Assembly (NCBI GenBank): GCA_965277805.1
Contig: OZ255842.1
Span: forward strand, 4,928,001-4,992,000
DNA from: Candidatus Lustribacter sp.
GTDB lineage: Bacteria; Vulcanimicrobiota; Vulcanimicrobiia; Vulcanimicrobiales; Vulcanimicrobiaceae
Length of the DNA stretch: 64,000 nt
Reading direction: 5' to 3'
A program made the translations under genes and the position numbers. Shown piece after piece: positions 32,403-40,884 of the stretch. The stretch's first letter is position 1. The number at the start of each line of letters is the position of its first letter. The notes beneath the pieces were generated by a model that was not told where the DNA came from, made no database searches, and was given only the letters and a program-made list of their open reading frames with translations.

Positions 32403-33444
32403 GCAATCCGGCGGCGTCGAACGACGTCCCGACGAGTAGCTGCAGGTAACGGCTGTAACTGACCACGCCGCCCGCGACGCCGTTGGCGCGCAGGTAGCGA
32501 TCGTACACGCTCCAACTGAACGAGAAGAGCCGCGGGTTGTAGTAGCGCTCGAAGCGTTCGCGGCCGGCGGCGAAGTCGGCCAGCACCGCCGGCGCGAGAT
32601 GCAGGCGCTTGCGGTCGCTCTCGGGGAGCTCGCCGTAGGTCCAGTACGCGCCGGAGTAGCGGATCAACGGATCCGGCGAACGCAGGCACGTCAGCGTGCC
32701 GATTAGGTTCGCGTCGCCCTCGTCGCCGAAGCCGGCCGCGTGCGACCACTCGTGCGCCAGCGCGCGCGGAACTTCAAACGGCAGAAACGAGGCGTTGAGC
32801 AGCGTTTCGAACGCGAACGGATCGTACTGGCCGCCGACGCCGGCCATTTCATACAGCCGTTCGGCGACGGTCGTTTTCGGCACGGTGACGGCGGGCGTCC
32901 AGGTGTCGCCGAGCCGCGCGACGACCGGCAAGAAGTCGCGCGCTAATTCGGCGCGCATCGCTGCCGAACTCTCCGTGCGCATGCGTTCGTGGGCGGGACC
33001 GGCATCGGTGTTGAGGATCGCTGCAATCCGGTCGGCGAAGGCCGAGACGCTCGCGGGCGTTACGCGCGCGGCAACGTAGTCGACGCGCGCGGCAACCGGC
33101 GCGCGCCGGTAATTCCAGCCCCACAAGAGGTTGAAGGCGATGACGATCGCGGCTGCGAGTGCGGCGGTATGCGCGCATAAGACGAGCACGGTGCGCAGGC
33201 GCGGTGCCTGCGCCCGCCGCAGCGCAATCGTCCAGCCCGCGATGACGGCCACGGCGACGAGCGCCACCTCGAGATCGCTGACCGCAAACGGAACCGCGTT
33301 CGAGAGCGGTACGAACGCCGTGTTCAACGCGGCGTAGAATCCGTTCGCGTACACATGCTCGAGCGTTGCCGGCGGAATCGGCAGGCCGGCCACGACGAAG
33401 GCGAGCGCGATCAGCCCGGCGTCGAGGGCGAGCCCGCGTTTCAC
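32377..33444 (-). CDS. DUF3810 family zincin-like membrane protein
   Basis: WGWNYRR, YDPFAFE, AHEWSHAAGFGDEGDAN. Confidence 0.82.
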   Translation of the reverse strand: MKRGLALDAGLIALAFVVAGLPIPPATLEHVYANGFYAALNTAFVPLSNAVPFAVSDLEVALVAVAVIAGWTIALRRAQAPRLRTVLVLCAHTAALAAAIVIAFNLLWGWNYRRAPVAARVDYVAARVTPASVSAFADRIAAILNTDAGPAHERMRTESSAAMRAELARDFLPVVARLGDTWTPAVTVPKTTVAERLYEMAGVGGQYDPFAFETLLNASFLPFEVPRALAHEWSHAAGFGDEGDANLIGTLTCLRSPDPLIRYSGAYWTYGELPESDRKRLHLAPAVLADFAAGRERFERYYNPRLFSFSWSVYDRYLRANGVAGGVVSYSRYLQLLVGTSFDAAGLPIRSGSAS

Positions 33445-34259
33445 GGAAAGAGATACGTCGAGAGTTCGCCCACGCGCGTGAAGCCGATGCGGTCGTACAA
33501 CCGGAGCGCTTCGGTGTTGAAGTCGTTCACGTACAGCGAGACCGTCGGATTGGACGCGAGCAGCCGTCGAGCCGTTGCAGCGAGGGCGCGCGTTGCATAG
33601 CCGTTACCGCGCAGCTTCGCCGGCGTCCAGACGCCCTGGATCTGCGCCGTCACCGGCGTGCGGGCGCCGATGTTGCATTGAAAGCGCAGCTCGTTGTCGA
33701 CGATCCACACCCACCAGCATCCGAGCTCGATCGCATGGCGCACCCCGGCCACAAACGTCGAGCGTTGCGCGCGCGGATCGTAACCCAATTCGCCGAGGAT
33801 CATGCGCGCCGAATGGTCGGCCACGAGTTCGGTCTCATCGCTGCGCGCCTGCCGCACCTCGACATCTTCGAATTCGCCCAAGCCTTGCGGCCACAGCGCG
33901 TAGAGCGGCTGCCGCTCGCGCACGATCACCGGCGGCCGGTGCCAGGTCTTGACGCGATTCCAGATGCCGTCGACCGCGCGCTTGGGCCCGACGAAGCTGC
34001 GCAAGCCCGGATACTTGCGCGTTTCGACGGCGAACGCATCGAGCGCGGCCGCGTCGTCAGCCGCCACCACGAGCTGCGAACCGAAGTAGATCACGCCGCG
34101 CACGCTGCCGTCGCGTTTGCGATCGAGCGCCATCTCGTCGGGCGCGTAGGGTCCGTGGCCGCCGTCGAGGACCCAGTGCAGGAAGGCATTCTCAAACGGA
34201 CGCGCCGCCACGAAGGCCAGCGCGTCACGTCGATTGTAACGGTTTACGGATTCAAGCAG
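33441..34259 (-). CDS. GNAT acetyltransferase (DUF4081-like)
   Basis: GVWTPAKLRGNGYA, LYVNDFN, YDRIGF. Start uncertain (GTG 34211 or CTG 34259). Confidence 0.85.
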   Translation of the reverse strand: MLESVNRYNRRDALAFVAARPFENAFLHWVLDGGHGPYAPDEMALDRKRDGSVRGVIYFGSQLVVAADDAAALDAFAVETRKYPGLRSFVGPKRAVDGIWNRVKTWHRPPVIVRERQPLYALWPQGLGEFEDVEVRQARSDETELVADHSARMILGELGYDPRAQRSTFVAGVRHAIELGCWWVWIVDNELRFQCNIGARTPVTAQIQGVWTPAKLRGNGYATRALAATARRLLASNPTVSLYVNDFNTEALRLYDRIGFTRVGELSTYLFP

Positions 34260-34263
34260 AGTG

Positions 34264-35037
34264 TCAGCTAAGCGGTTGAACGAATGCCGGCTTCGTCGTC
34301 GGCTGGCGGCTACCGCCCTCCGGTTCGACGGTTATCGCGACCGCTGACAAGTTCCCGGCATCTTGGGGAATCGGCACGAGCGTGATGCCATTTTGGCTCG
34401 GCGAGAAGGTAACGCTGGGCGCCATGTTCTTTGCGCCGCGTGACTGCGTCCACGCTTGGTACACTTTGCCGCGCGGCGGCGGCGGCAGCGAACTGAGCGC
34501 GAGGTAGATGTTGGCGCCGCGCACGACGACGGTTCCATAAGCGACCGTATACCGCTTGGAGTCGCTCGCGGTGAGGTCGGTCAGCATCCGCCGGTCGAGT
34601 GCCACGGTTCGCCGGTCGGCATCGAGGCGCGTTTGCAGCGTCGCAACGCGCGTTTGGGCATCGTGCAGATCCGACCGCAAACCGAAGTTCTGAATCACGC
34701 TGACGAGCGCAAACACCACCGCTGCCGCGGCAGCGAGCGTGGTGCCCCACATTGCGCTCGAGCGCGTTGCGCTGGCCGGCGTGCGCGGCGCCGCGTCCTC
34801 CCGCACCGTGGCCAACAAGCGTTCTTTCATCCGTGCCGCGCGATTGCTGTCGACGGGTTCTTCGGCCGAAAGACCGACCATATTCGCGGTTGCGCGCAAT
34901 TCGTCGAACTCGCGACGCGCTTCGGGATCGGCTAGGATGAACGCCGCCACCTGGCCGACCTGTGCTGCGGGCAACACGCCGAGCGCGTAAGCAGCGACCA
35001 AATCGAGCAGCCCCTCGCGATCCGACGATTCGCTCAT
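34264..35037 (-). CDS. Anti-sigma factor (RskA family)
   Basis: AAYALGVL, one TM, YQAW, AITVEPEGGSRQPT. Confidence 0.9.
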   Translation of the reverse strand: MSESSDREGLLDLVAAYALGVLPAAQVGQVAAFILADPEARREFDELRATANMVGLSAEEPVDSNRAARMKERLLATVREDAAPRTPASATRSSAMWGTTLAAAAAVVFALVSVIQNFGLRSDLHDAQTRVATLQTRLDADRRTVALDRRMLTDLTASDSKRYTVAYGTVVVRGANIYLALSSLPPPPRGKVYQAWTQSRGAKNMAPSVTFSPSQNGITLVPIPQDAGNLSAVAITVEPEGGSRQPTTKPAFVQPLS

Positions 35038-35570
35038 CGTGAGACCGCCTCGCTCAGGGCTTCGCGCAGGCGGCGTAAGCCGGTGCGGATGCGCGTTTTG
35101 ATCGTGCCCAGCGGAATGCCGGTCCGCTGCGCGATCTCTTCGTGAGTGATGCCGGCAAAGAAGCCCATTTCGATCGGTGTTCGCTGTTCCTCGCTAAGCG
35201 CCGAGAGGGCCCCGCGTACCCGCTGTGCGTCGATGTTGGCAAAGACGGTGGCGTCGGTCGATGCTTCGGCCGGAATGTCGGCCGGGATCTCGTCCGACGG
35301 ACGGTTGGCGCGGCTGCGCATCACGTCGAGCGCGCGATTGCGCGTGACGCGGCTCAGCCAGCCGGCGAAGTTGCCCTCGCGGAACGTTTCGGGCGAGGTC
35401 CAGAGTTTGAGGAAGATCGACTGGGTGACGTCTTCGGCCACGCCGGCGTCGGCTGCGACGCGCAGCGCGATGCCGAACACCAGGCGATGATAGCCGTCGT
35501 AGAGGTGCTCGAACGCATCGACATCTCGTGCGCGCACTCGCTCCATCAGGCGTGCACCGTCTTCCACCAC
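35034..35570 (-). CDS. ECF sigma factor (SigK-like)
   Basis: AEDVTQ, RNRALD, THEEIA...PLGTIKTRIR. Confidence 0.92.
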   Translation of the reverse strand: MVEDGARLMERVRARDVDAFEHLYDGYHRLVFGIALRVAADAGVAEDVTQSIFLKLWTSPETFREGNFAGWLSRVTRNRALDVMRSRANRPSDEIPADIPAEASTDATVFANIDAQRVRGALSALSEEQRTPIEMGFFAGITHEEIAQRTGIPLGTIKTRIRTGLRRLREALSEAVSR

Positions 35571-35656
35571 TTCATTCCAGTTCGTGCGGTCAATCTCGGA
35601 ACCCCGTAAACCAAACGGCGAGCCGGACGCGGCGGATGGGGGTCGAAGGCGCCAGT

Positions 35657-36844
35657 GTGACCGGCATTGCAGGCACCGCCACCCTCTTGGTCGGCCTCTT
35701 GGGGGTTGCGCTGCTGGTCGCCCTCGTTGCCGAGCGGATCCGGGTGCCGAGCGCGGTCGCCCTGGTCGCCTTCGGGGCCGGCACTGCCGCCGTTCACCCC
35801 GTGGCGCTGCCGTTTCACTTCGGGGATGCGCTGCTTTTCATTTTCCTACCGCCGCTGATCTTCGAGGCGGCGTGGTCGATCGATCCGGGGGCGCTGAGCC
35901 GCACGGCGTTGCGCATCGCGCTGCTGGCGTTGCCCGGGGTCGTGCTTGTGGCGGGCACGATCGGCTTCGGGATCGCGCTCTCCGGCCAGCTCCCGCTGGC
36001 TTCGGCAATCGTGCTCGGCGCGATTGTCTCGGCGACCGACCCCGTCGCGGTGATCGCGATCTTCCGGCGCTTGCACGTGCCGGTCGATCTGCTGACGATC
36101 GTCGAGGGCGAGTCGATCGCCAACGACGGCGTTGCAATCGTGCTCTACGCGCTCGCGCTGGCGTTTGCATCCGGCGGCGCGACGGGCTCGCTCGTGGTCG
36201 CAAGCGAGCACGCCGTGACCGCGATCGCGGGCGGCATCGTCATCGGAGTTGCGTGCGCGTTCGTCGTGGCTTTCGTCATGGGCCGCACGCGTTCGGGGCC
36301 GCTGGAGATTTCGGCAACGGTCGTCCTGGCATTCCTCGCCTACCTCGGCGCCGATGCGCTGCATTGCTCGGGCGTGTTCGCAACCGCCGCGGCGGGAATC
36401 GCGCTGCGCGGCTTCGCGCACATCGCGCCGGTCACCGAAAATGCCGACGACGTTGATACGTTCTGGAGCGCGATCGCGTTCATCGTGAACGCGATGGTGT
36501 TTCTGGCCACCGGCCTCGTCGTGCAAGTCGCGCGCATCGCCGACCACCCGCTGCTCGTGATCGTCGCGATCGTCGCCGCGGTGCTCTCGCGCGTCGTGCT
36601 GGCGCGATTGATCATCCGCCCGGCGTCGTGGCGCATTACGGTTGTGTTTGCGGGCATGCGCGGCGGCTTGTCGCTGGCACTTGCACTCGCGCTGCCGGCG
36701 GCGTTACCGTTTCGTGACGAAATCGTCGATGCGGTGTTCGGCGTCGTGCTGTTCACCCTGATCGTGCAGGGCATCGCGCTCGAACCGGTGTTGCGCCGCT
36801 TAGGTTTTCAGAGCGGGAGCGGCGGCCCGTCGTTGTCCTCGTAG
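35657..36844 (+). CDS. CPA1 Na+/H+ antiporter
   Basis: FLPPLIFEA, ATDPVAV, EGESIANDG, GMRGG. Confidence 0.92.
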   Translation: MTGIAGTATLLVGLLGVALLVALVAERIRVPSAVALVAFGAGTAAVHPVALPFHFGDALLFIFLPPLIFEAAWSIDPGALSRTALRIALLALPGVVLVAGTIGFGIALSGQLPLASAIVLGAIVSATDPVAVIAIFRRLHVPVDLLTIVEGESIANDGVAIVLYALALAFASGGATGSLVVASEHAVTAIAGGIVIGVACAFVVAFVMGRTRSGPLEISATVVLAFLAYLGADALHCSGVFATAAAGIALRGFAHIAPVTENADDVDTFWSAIAFIVNAMVFLATGLVVQVARIADHPLLVIVAIVAAVLSRVVLARLIIRPASWRITVVFAGMRGGLSLALALALPAALPFRDEIVDAVFGVVLFTLIVQGIALEPVLRRLGFQSGSGGPSLSS

Positions 36845-37920
36845 GTCGCGCGCGGCGGCGGCGGATCGGGCATCGCCGGCCCTTCCTCGTGCCCGAGCGA
36901 GACCGGCATCCGCAGTTCGGGCAGATCAAAGCCGAAGCTCGACATGTCTTCGGGCGGCCGCGGACGGCGCCGCGTTTTCAGCGGCGGCGAATCGGATGGC
37001 GGCGGCGGGGCCATGACGGGCGGGGGGGCGGCCGGTCCCGGCGGCGGCGCAGCCATCTTCGCCTGTTCTTCGAACGGCACGATCTCTTTCGGCTCGAGGA
37101 AATCGTCGCTGGCCTCGTCGATGATCGTGTTGGCGAACGCTTCGGCCTTCGGCAGCATCAGGCTGTCGTTGCGTTTACGGCCGCGGACGATCGAGGCATC
37201 GAGCAGCGCGCGGACGCCGTTGAGCGGAATACCGGAGATCGGGACGAGGTTGTAGAGATCCTCGATCGGTTCGACCGTGGCGCGTGAGGCCACGATGTAG
37301 GCGTTGAGGTCGAAGGTGGCGGCCTGCAAGCGATGCGCGAGCGTCACGTCCGGTCCGACGACCGTGTATTCGCGGCGGTTGGCGAAGCCCGCGTCGCCCG
37401 CGATCACGATCCCGGAGTTCACGCCGACCCCAACGCGCAGAGCGCGGCGTCCCTGCTGGGCCCATTTCTGCTGCATCACGTTGACCAGCCGTACGATGTT
37501 GATGGCGGCCCGCAATGCGTGGTCTTCCTGCTGGTGGTCTTCGAGCGGGACGCCGAAGATGCCGACGACGCCGTCTTCAAGAAAGCGGTGCAGCACTCCG
37601 TGCTGGCGTTCGATGGACGATCCGGCCATCGCATAAAACTCGTTGAGATAACGCAGGGTCTGTTCGGGAGTGAGGTCCTCCATGAAGTGCGAAAAGTTCC
37701 AGATGCGGCACACCAAGATCGTCGCCCGCAAGTCGCGGCCGGTGAAAATGCGCTCGTCTTTCCGGTTGAGGAGCTCTTCGACGATCGACGGCGGCACGTA
37801 TCGTGAGAAGGTCGAGCGGACGCGCCGAACCTCAGCCTGCTCGGTGCGCCAGCGGCGGATGAGGACCACGCAAACCACCAGCGCGGCGAGGAACGCCACG
37901 CTTACCAGGGCGACCGCCAT
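36808..37920 (-). CDS. Class III adenylate/guanylate cyclase-like protein with Pro-rich tail
   Basis: TM, FSRYVP, RVGVGVNSG, EYTVVG; catalytic residues degenerate. Confidence 0.82.
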   Translation of the reverse strand: MAVALVSVAFLAALVVCVVLIRRWRTEQAEVRRVRSTFSRYVPPSIVEELLNRKDERIFTGRDLRATILVCRIWNFSHFMEDLTPEQTLRYLNEFYAMAGSSIERQHGVLHRFLEDGVVGIFGVPLEDHQQEDHALRAAINIVRLVNVMQQKWAQQGRRALRVGVGVNSGIVIAGDAGFANRREYTVVGPDVTLAHRLQAATFDLNAYIVASRATVEPIEDLYNLVPISGIPLNGVRALLDASIVRGRKRNDSLMLPKAEAFANTIIDEASDDFLEPKEIVPFEEQAKMAAPPPGPAAPPPVMAPPPPSDSPPLKTRRRPRPPEDMSSFGFDLPELRMPVSLGHEEGPAMPDPPPPRATYEDNDGPPLPL

Positions 37921-37959
37921 TCAGGCCTCCTTCGACCTCGGCGTGGTAAACCCGGCGCG

Positions 37960-38367
37960 ATGAGTGAGGGTACGGGTGAGACAGGCGGTACCGCGATCGT
38001 CCCCGGCTATGCCGGCCACGCCGATGCGCGGGCGCGCCGGCTGAGCGATCAGCAAGTCCGGGCCTGGGTGGGCGAGATGCTGGCCGATCTCCAGGAGCGC
38101 GTGCCGCCCGACGGGTACGGCGACCGGCTCGACGCGTTGCTGATGCAGTGCGAGTTCGGCGACCAGCACGTGATCAAGGCGGTCGAAGACGATCGGTTCG
38201 GGGAGCCGGAGCTGGTGGAATTGGTTGAGGCGTGCGACCGCAAACTCATTGCGGCGGCGAGTCCCGGCCCGAACATCGGCCCCGACGGGATCCCCGCCCT
38301 GCTCGATGCGCTGGAGACCGCCTTCAAGGAGCGGTCAGCGGCGATCGAAGCGCGGTTAAAACGGTAG
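37960..38367 (+). CDS. Hypothetical protein
   Basis: 135 aa acidic helical ORF filling the gap between neighbours. Confidence 0.6.
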   Translation: MSEGTGETGGTAIVPGYAGHADARARRLSDQQVRAWVGEMLADLQERVPPDGYGDRLDALLMQCEFGDQHVIKAVEDDRFGEPELVELVEACDRKLIAAASPGPNIGPDGIPALLDALETAFKERSAAIEARLKR

Positions 38368-40824
38368 CTTGATCGCCCCGCGGACTTTGTTGATCACGGT
38401 GTTCTCCACGCTCTGAACGTTGGTCGGAACGCCGAGCTCGGAAAACTTGTCGATCGCGGCCTGCGTGAGTTTGTTGACTTGCGCGTTGATGATGCCGTTG
38501 ACCAAGTTCGCGACCAGCGATTGGCCGGGGAGCACCTTCACCGTTTGGCCCGCGAGGTTACCCGCGGTGTACGTGACCTGGACGCCGTCGGATTGGCTCG
38601 AGTTGTAGACGTTGAGCGTGAGGTTGTTGTCCTCGACGTCGATGTCGCCTTCGGTTCCGCGGACGGCAATCTGGGTCGTCGGCGTCACGAACGTGTAGTT
38701 CGCCTTGCCGCCTTGCGGGTGCTCGACTTGAAACCGCGTCTTCCCCTGATAGACGACGAACTTCGCGCTCGCGATATCGGTTTGGTTGAAGAACGCGAGC
38801 TGAACGCGCGTCATCTCGCCGAGCGTGACGATTGAGGAATCGGGCAGCGCGACTTGCGCCTGCGAAGCGGTTTGCGTAACGGCGGTGTCGCTGTCGGTGA
38901 GCAGCTGCTTCACTTTCGGCACCAGCGAATGCGGAGTGCCGTCGCGTTCGTAGGAGACGGCGCCCTTTACGTTGGTGAGCACCTTATCGTTGTCGCTGCG
39001 CGCGGCGAGCGGAAGGATCGCGAGCATCAGCGCCAGCGCGGTGGCCGCGGCCGTGCGGACCGTGGGCGAGTTGAGGCTGCGCGCGATCACCGCGCCGCAC
39101 ACCAGCGCGAGGACCGCGAAGCCCGTCCCCGGCAACGGTTCGGCCAGCACGAAGTCGCCGATCGCAAACAGCGTGCCGAAAACGAGGCCGAGTCCGGCCA
39201 GCCAATCGATCAGCGCGAGCCCGAGTGATTCGCCGGGCGGCGCGGGTGGAGCGAGACGGGCTATTCGTTTCCAGCCGAAATCGTCAGGTCGCACGCGTTC
39301 AAAAAAACGGAGCAAGGTGGCCTCGGTTTCAGGCTGGGTCGCGTATGTGACGGCGATCCAACCAACGGTGGTTATTGCGACGGTGATCAGCAATCGCTTC
39401 GCCGTGGCGTTCGGATCATCTCCCGAGACCGCGTTGAACGAGTAGATCGCGGTGCCCACGACCGCCGAGATCGCTAAGGCCGAAATCTCGCTCCAGGCAT
39501 TGATGCGCCACCAGTACCAGCGCAGGATCATCACGAGACCGACGCCGGCCGTAATCGTGAACATGTACTTCCAGGCATCGCCGACCGAGTGCATCAGCGG
39601 CGTGATCGCCGCGGCCAACACGAGGCACACGCCGGTCATCACCCGCGAGATCATCACGTAGTGACGTTCGTTCGCTTCTTTGCGGATGAAGCGCCGGTAG
39701 AGGTCGTTGGTGAGGTAGGAGGCGCCGAGGTTGAGCTGCGTGCCGATCGTCGACATGTATGCGGCCGCAAAGCCGGCCAGCATCAGTCCGCGCAGCGCCG
39801 GCGGCAAGTAGTCGACCAGCGTTTGCACGTAACCCAGCTCGGGATCGATCTTGCCGTCCGGGCCGGCGACGCCGTGCGGATAGAGGACCAGAGCGCATAG
39901 CGCGACGAGGATCCACGGCCACGGCCGGAGCGCGTAGTGCGCGACGTTGAAGAAGAGCGTTGCCAGCACGGCGTTCTTCTCGTCTTTGGATGCGAAGATG
40001 CGCTGTGCGATGTAGCTGCCGCCGCCGGGTTCGGAACCCGGATACGACGACGCCCACCATGCGACGCCGATGAACACGAGGAACGTGGTGAGAGGCATCC
40101 AGCCGGCGTCACCGGTGGGGAAAAACGATAACAGCGACCCGCCGCCCGAGGCTTGATGAGCGGCATCGAGCACGCTCAGCTTGGCCTTGAGCGCGACGAT
40201 CCCGCCGCAGGCGGCGACCGCGGCGACGGCGAGCACGATCGCCATCGACATCTTCACGATGAACTGCAGCATGTCGGTAACCAGCACCGACCACAGGCCG
40301 CCGATCGTTACGTATAACGCGGTCAGCACGAGGCAGATGTAGAGTGCCGGCAGCGTCGGCACGTGCAACGTCAGCGAGAGCACCTTCACCATCGCGACGT
40401 TGACCCAGCCCATGACGATTGTGTTGATCAGCACGCCCTGGTAGACGGCGCGCACGCCGCGCAGCCACGCCGCGGCCTTGCCGCCGTAGCGCAGTTCGAT
40501 GAACTCGACGTCGGTCAGCACGCCCGAACGGCGCCACAGCGCGGCAAAGAAGAACACCGTCAGCAGGCCGCTCGCCGCCATGTCCCACCACAGCCAGTTG
40601 CCCGCGATGCCGTTGGCGGCAACGAGACCGGTGACCGCCAGCGGCGTATCGACCGCGAACGTCGTTGCGACCATCGACGTGCCGGTGAGCCACCACGGCG
40701 CCTTGCCGCCAGAGACGAAGAACTCGCCGACGTTTTGCGTGCGCGCCGCGAAGTACACGCCGATCCCGAGGTTGACTGCGAAAAACGCAGCGATCACGAA
40801 GATGTCGAGACCGGTCAAGTGCAT
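38356..40824 (-). CDS. Sodium:solute symporter fused to a C-terminal FecR domain
   Basis: SSS motifs (SMVATTFAVDTPL, AAYMST, LRWYWWRINAW), then an extra TM and a FecR pattern (LPDSSIVTLGE, TPTTQIAVRGT) in one uninterrupted frame. Confidence 0.85.
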   Translation of the reverse strand: MHLTGLDIFVIAAFFAVNLGIGVYFAARTQNVGEFFVSGGKAPWWLTGTSMVATTFAVDTPLAVTGLVAANGIAGNWLWWDMAASGLLTVFFFAALWRRSGVLTDVEFIELRYGGKAAAWLRGVRAVYQGVLINTIVMGWVNVAMVKVLSLTLHVPTLPALYICLVLTALYVTIGGLWSVLVTDMLQFIVKMSMAIVLAVAAVAACGGIVALKAKLSVLDAAHQASGGGSLLSFFPTGDAGWMPLTTFLVFIGVAWWASSYPGSEPGGGSYIAQRIFASKDEKNAVLATLFFNVAHYALRPWPWILVALCALVLYPHGVAGPDGKIDPELGYVQTLVDYLPPALRGLMLAGFAAAYMSTIGTQLNLGASYLTNDLYRRFIRKEANERHYVMISRVMTGVCLVLAAAITPLMHSVGDAWKYMFTITAGVGLVMILRWYWWRINAWSEISALAISAVVGTAIYSFNAVSGDDPNATAKRLLITVAITTVGWIAVTYATQPETEATLLRFFERVRPDDFGWKRIARLAPPAPPGESLGLALIDWLAGLGLVFGTLFAIGDFVLAEPLPGTGFAVLALVCGAVIARSLNSPTVRTAAATALALMLAILPLAARSDNDKVLTNVKGAVSYERDGTPHSLVPKVKQLLTDSDTAVTQTASQAQVALPDSSIVTLGEMTRVQLAFFNQTDIASAKFVVYQGKTRFQVEHPQGGKANYTFVTPTTQIAVRGTEGDIDVEDNNLTLNVYNSSQSDGVQVTYTAGNLAGQTVKVLPGQSLVANLVNGIINAQVNKLTQAAIDKFSELGVPTNVQSVENTVINKVRGAIKLPF

Positions 40825-40884
40825 GGGTGGGCGTTGCGGATTGAATGCGGGCGTTCCCGCCGCGCGCCGAGGTTCGGCCCCGGC

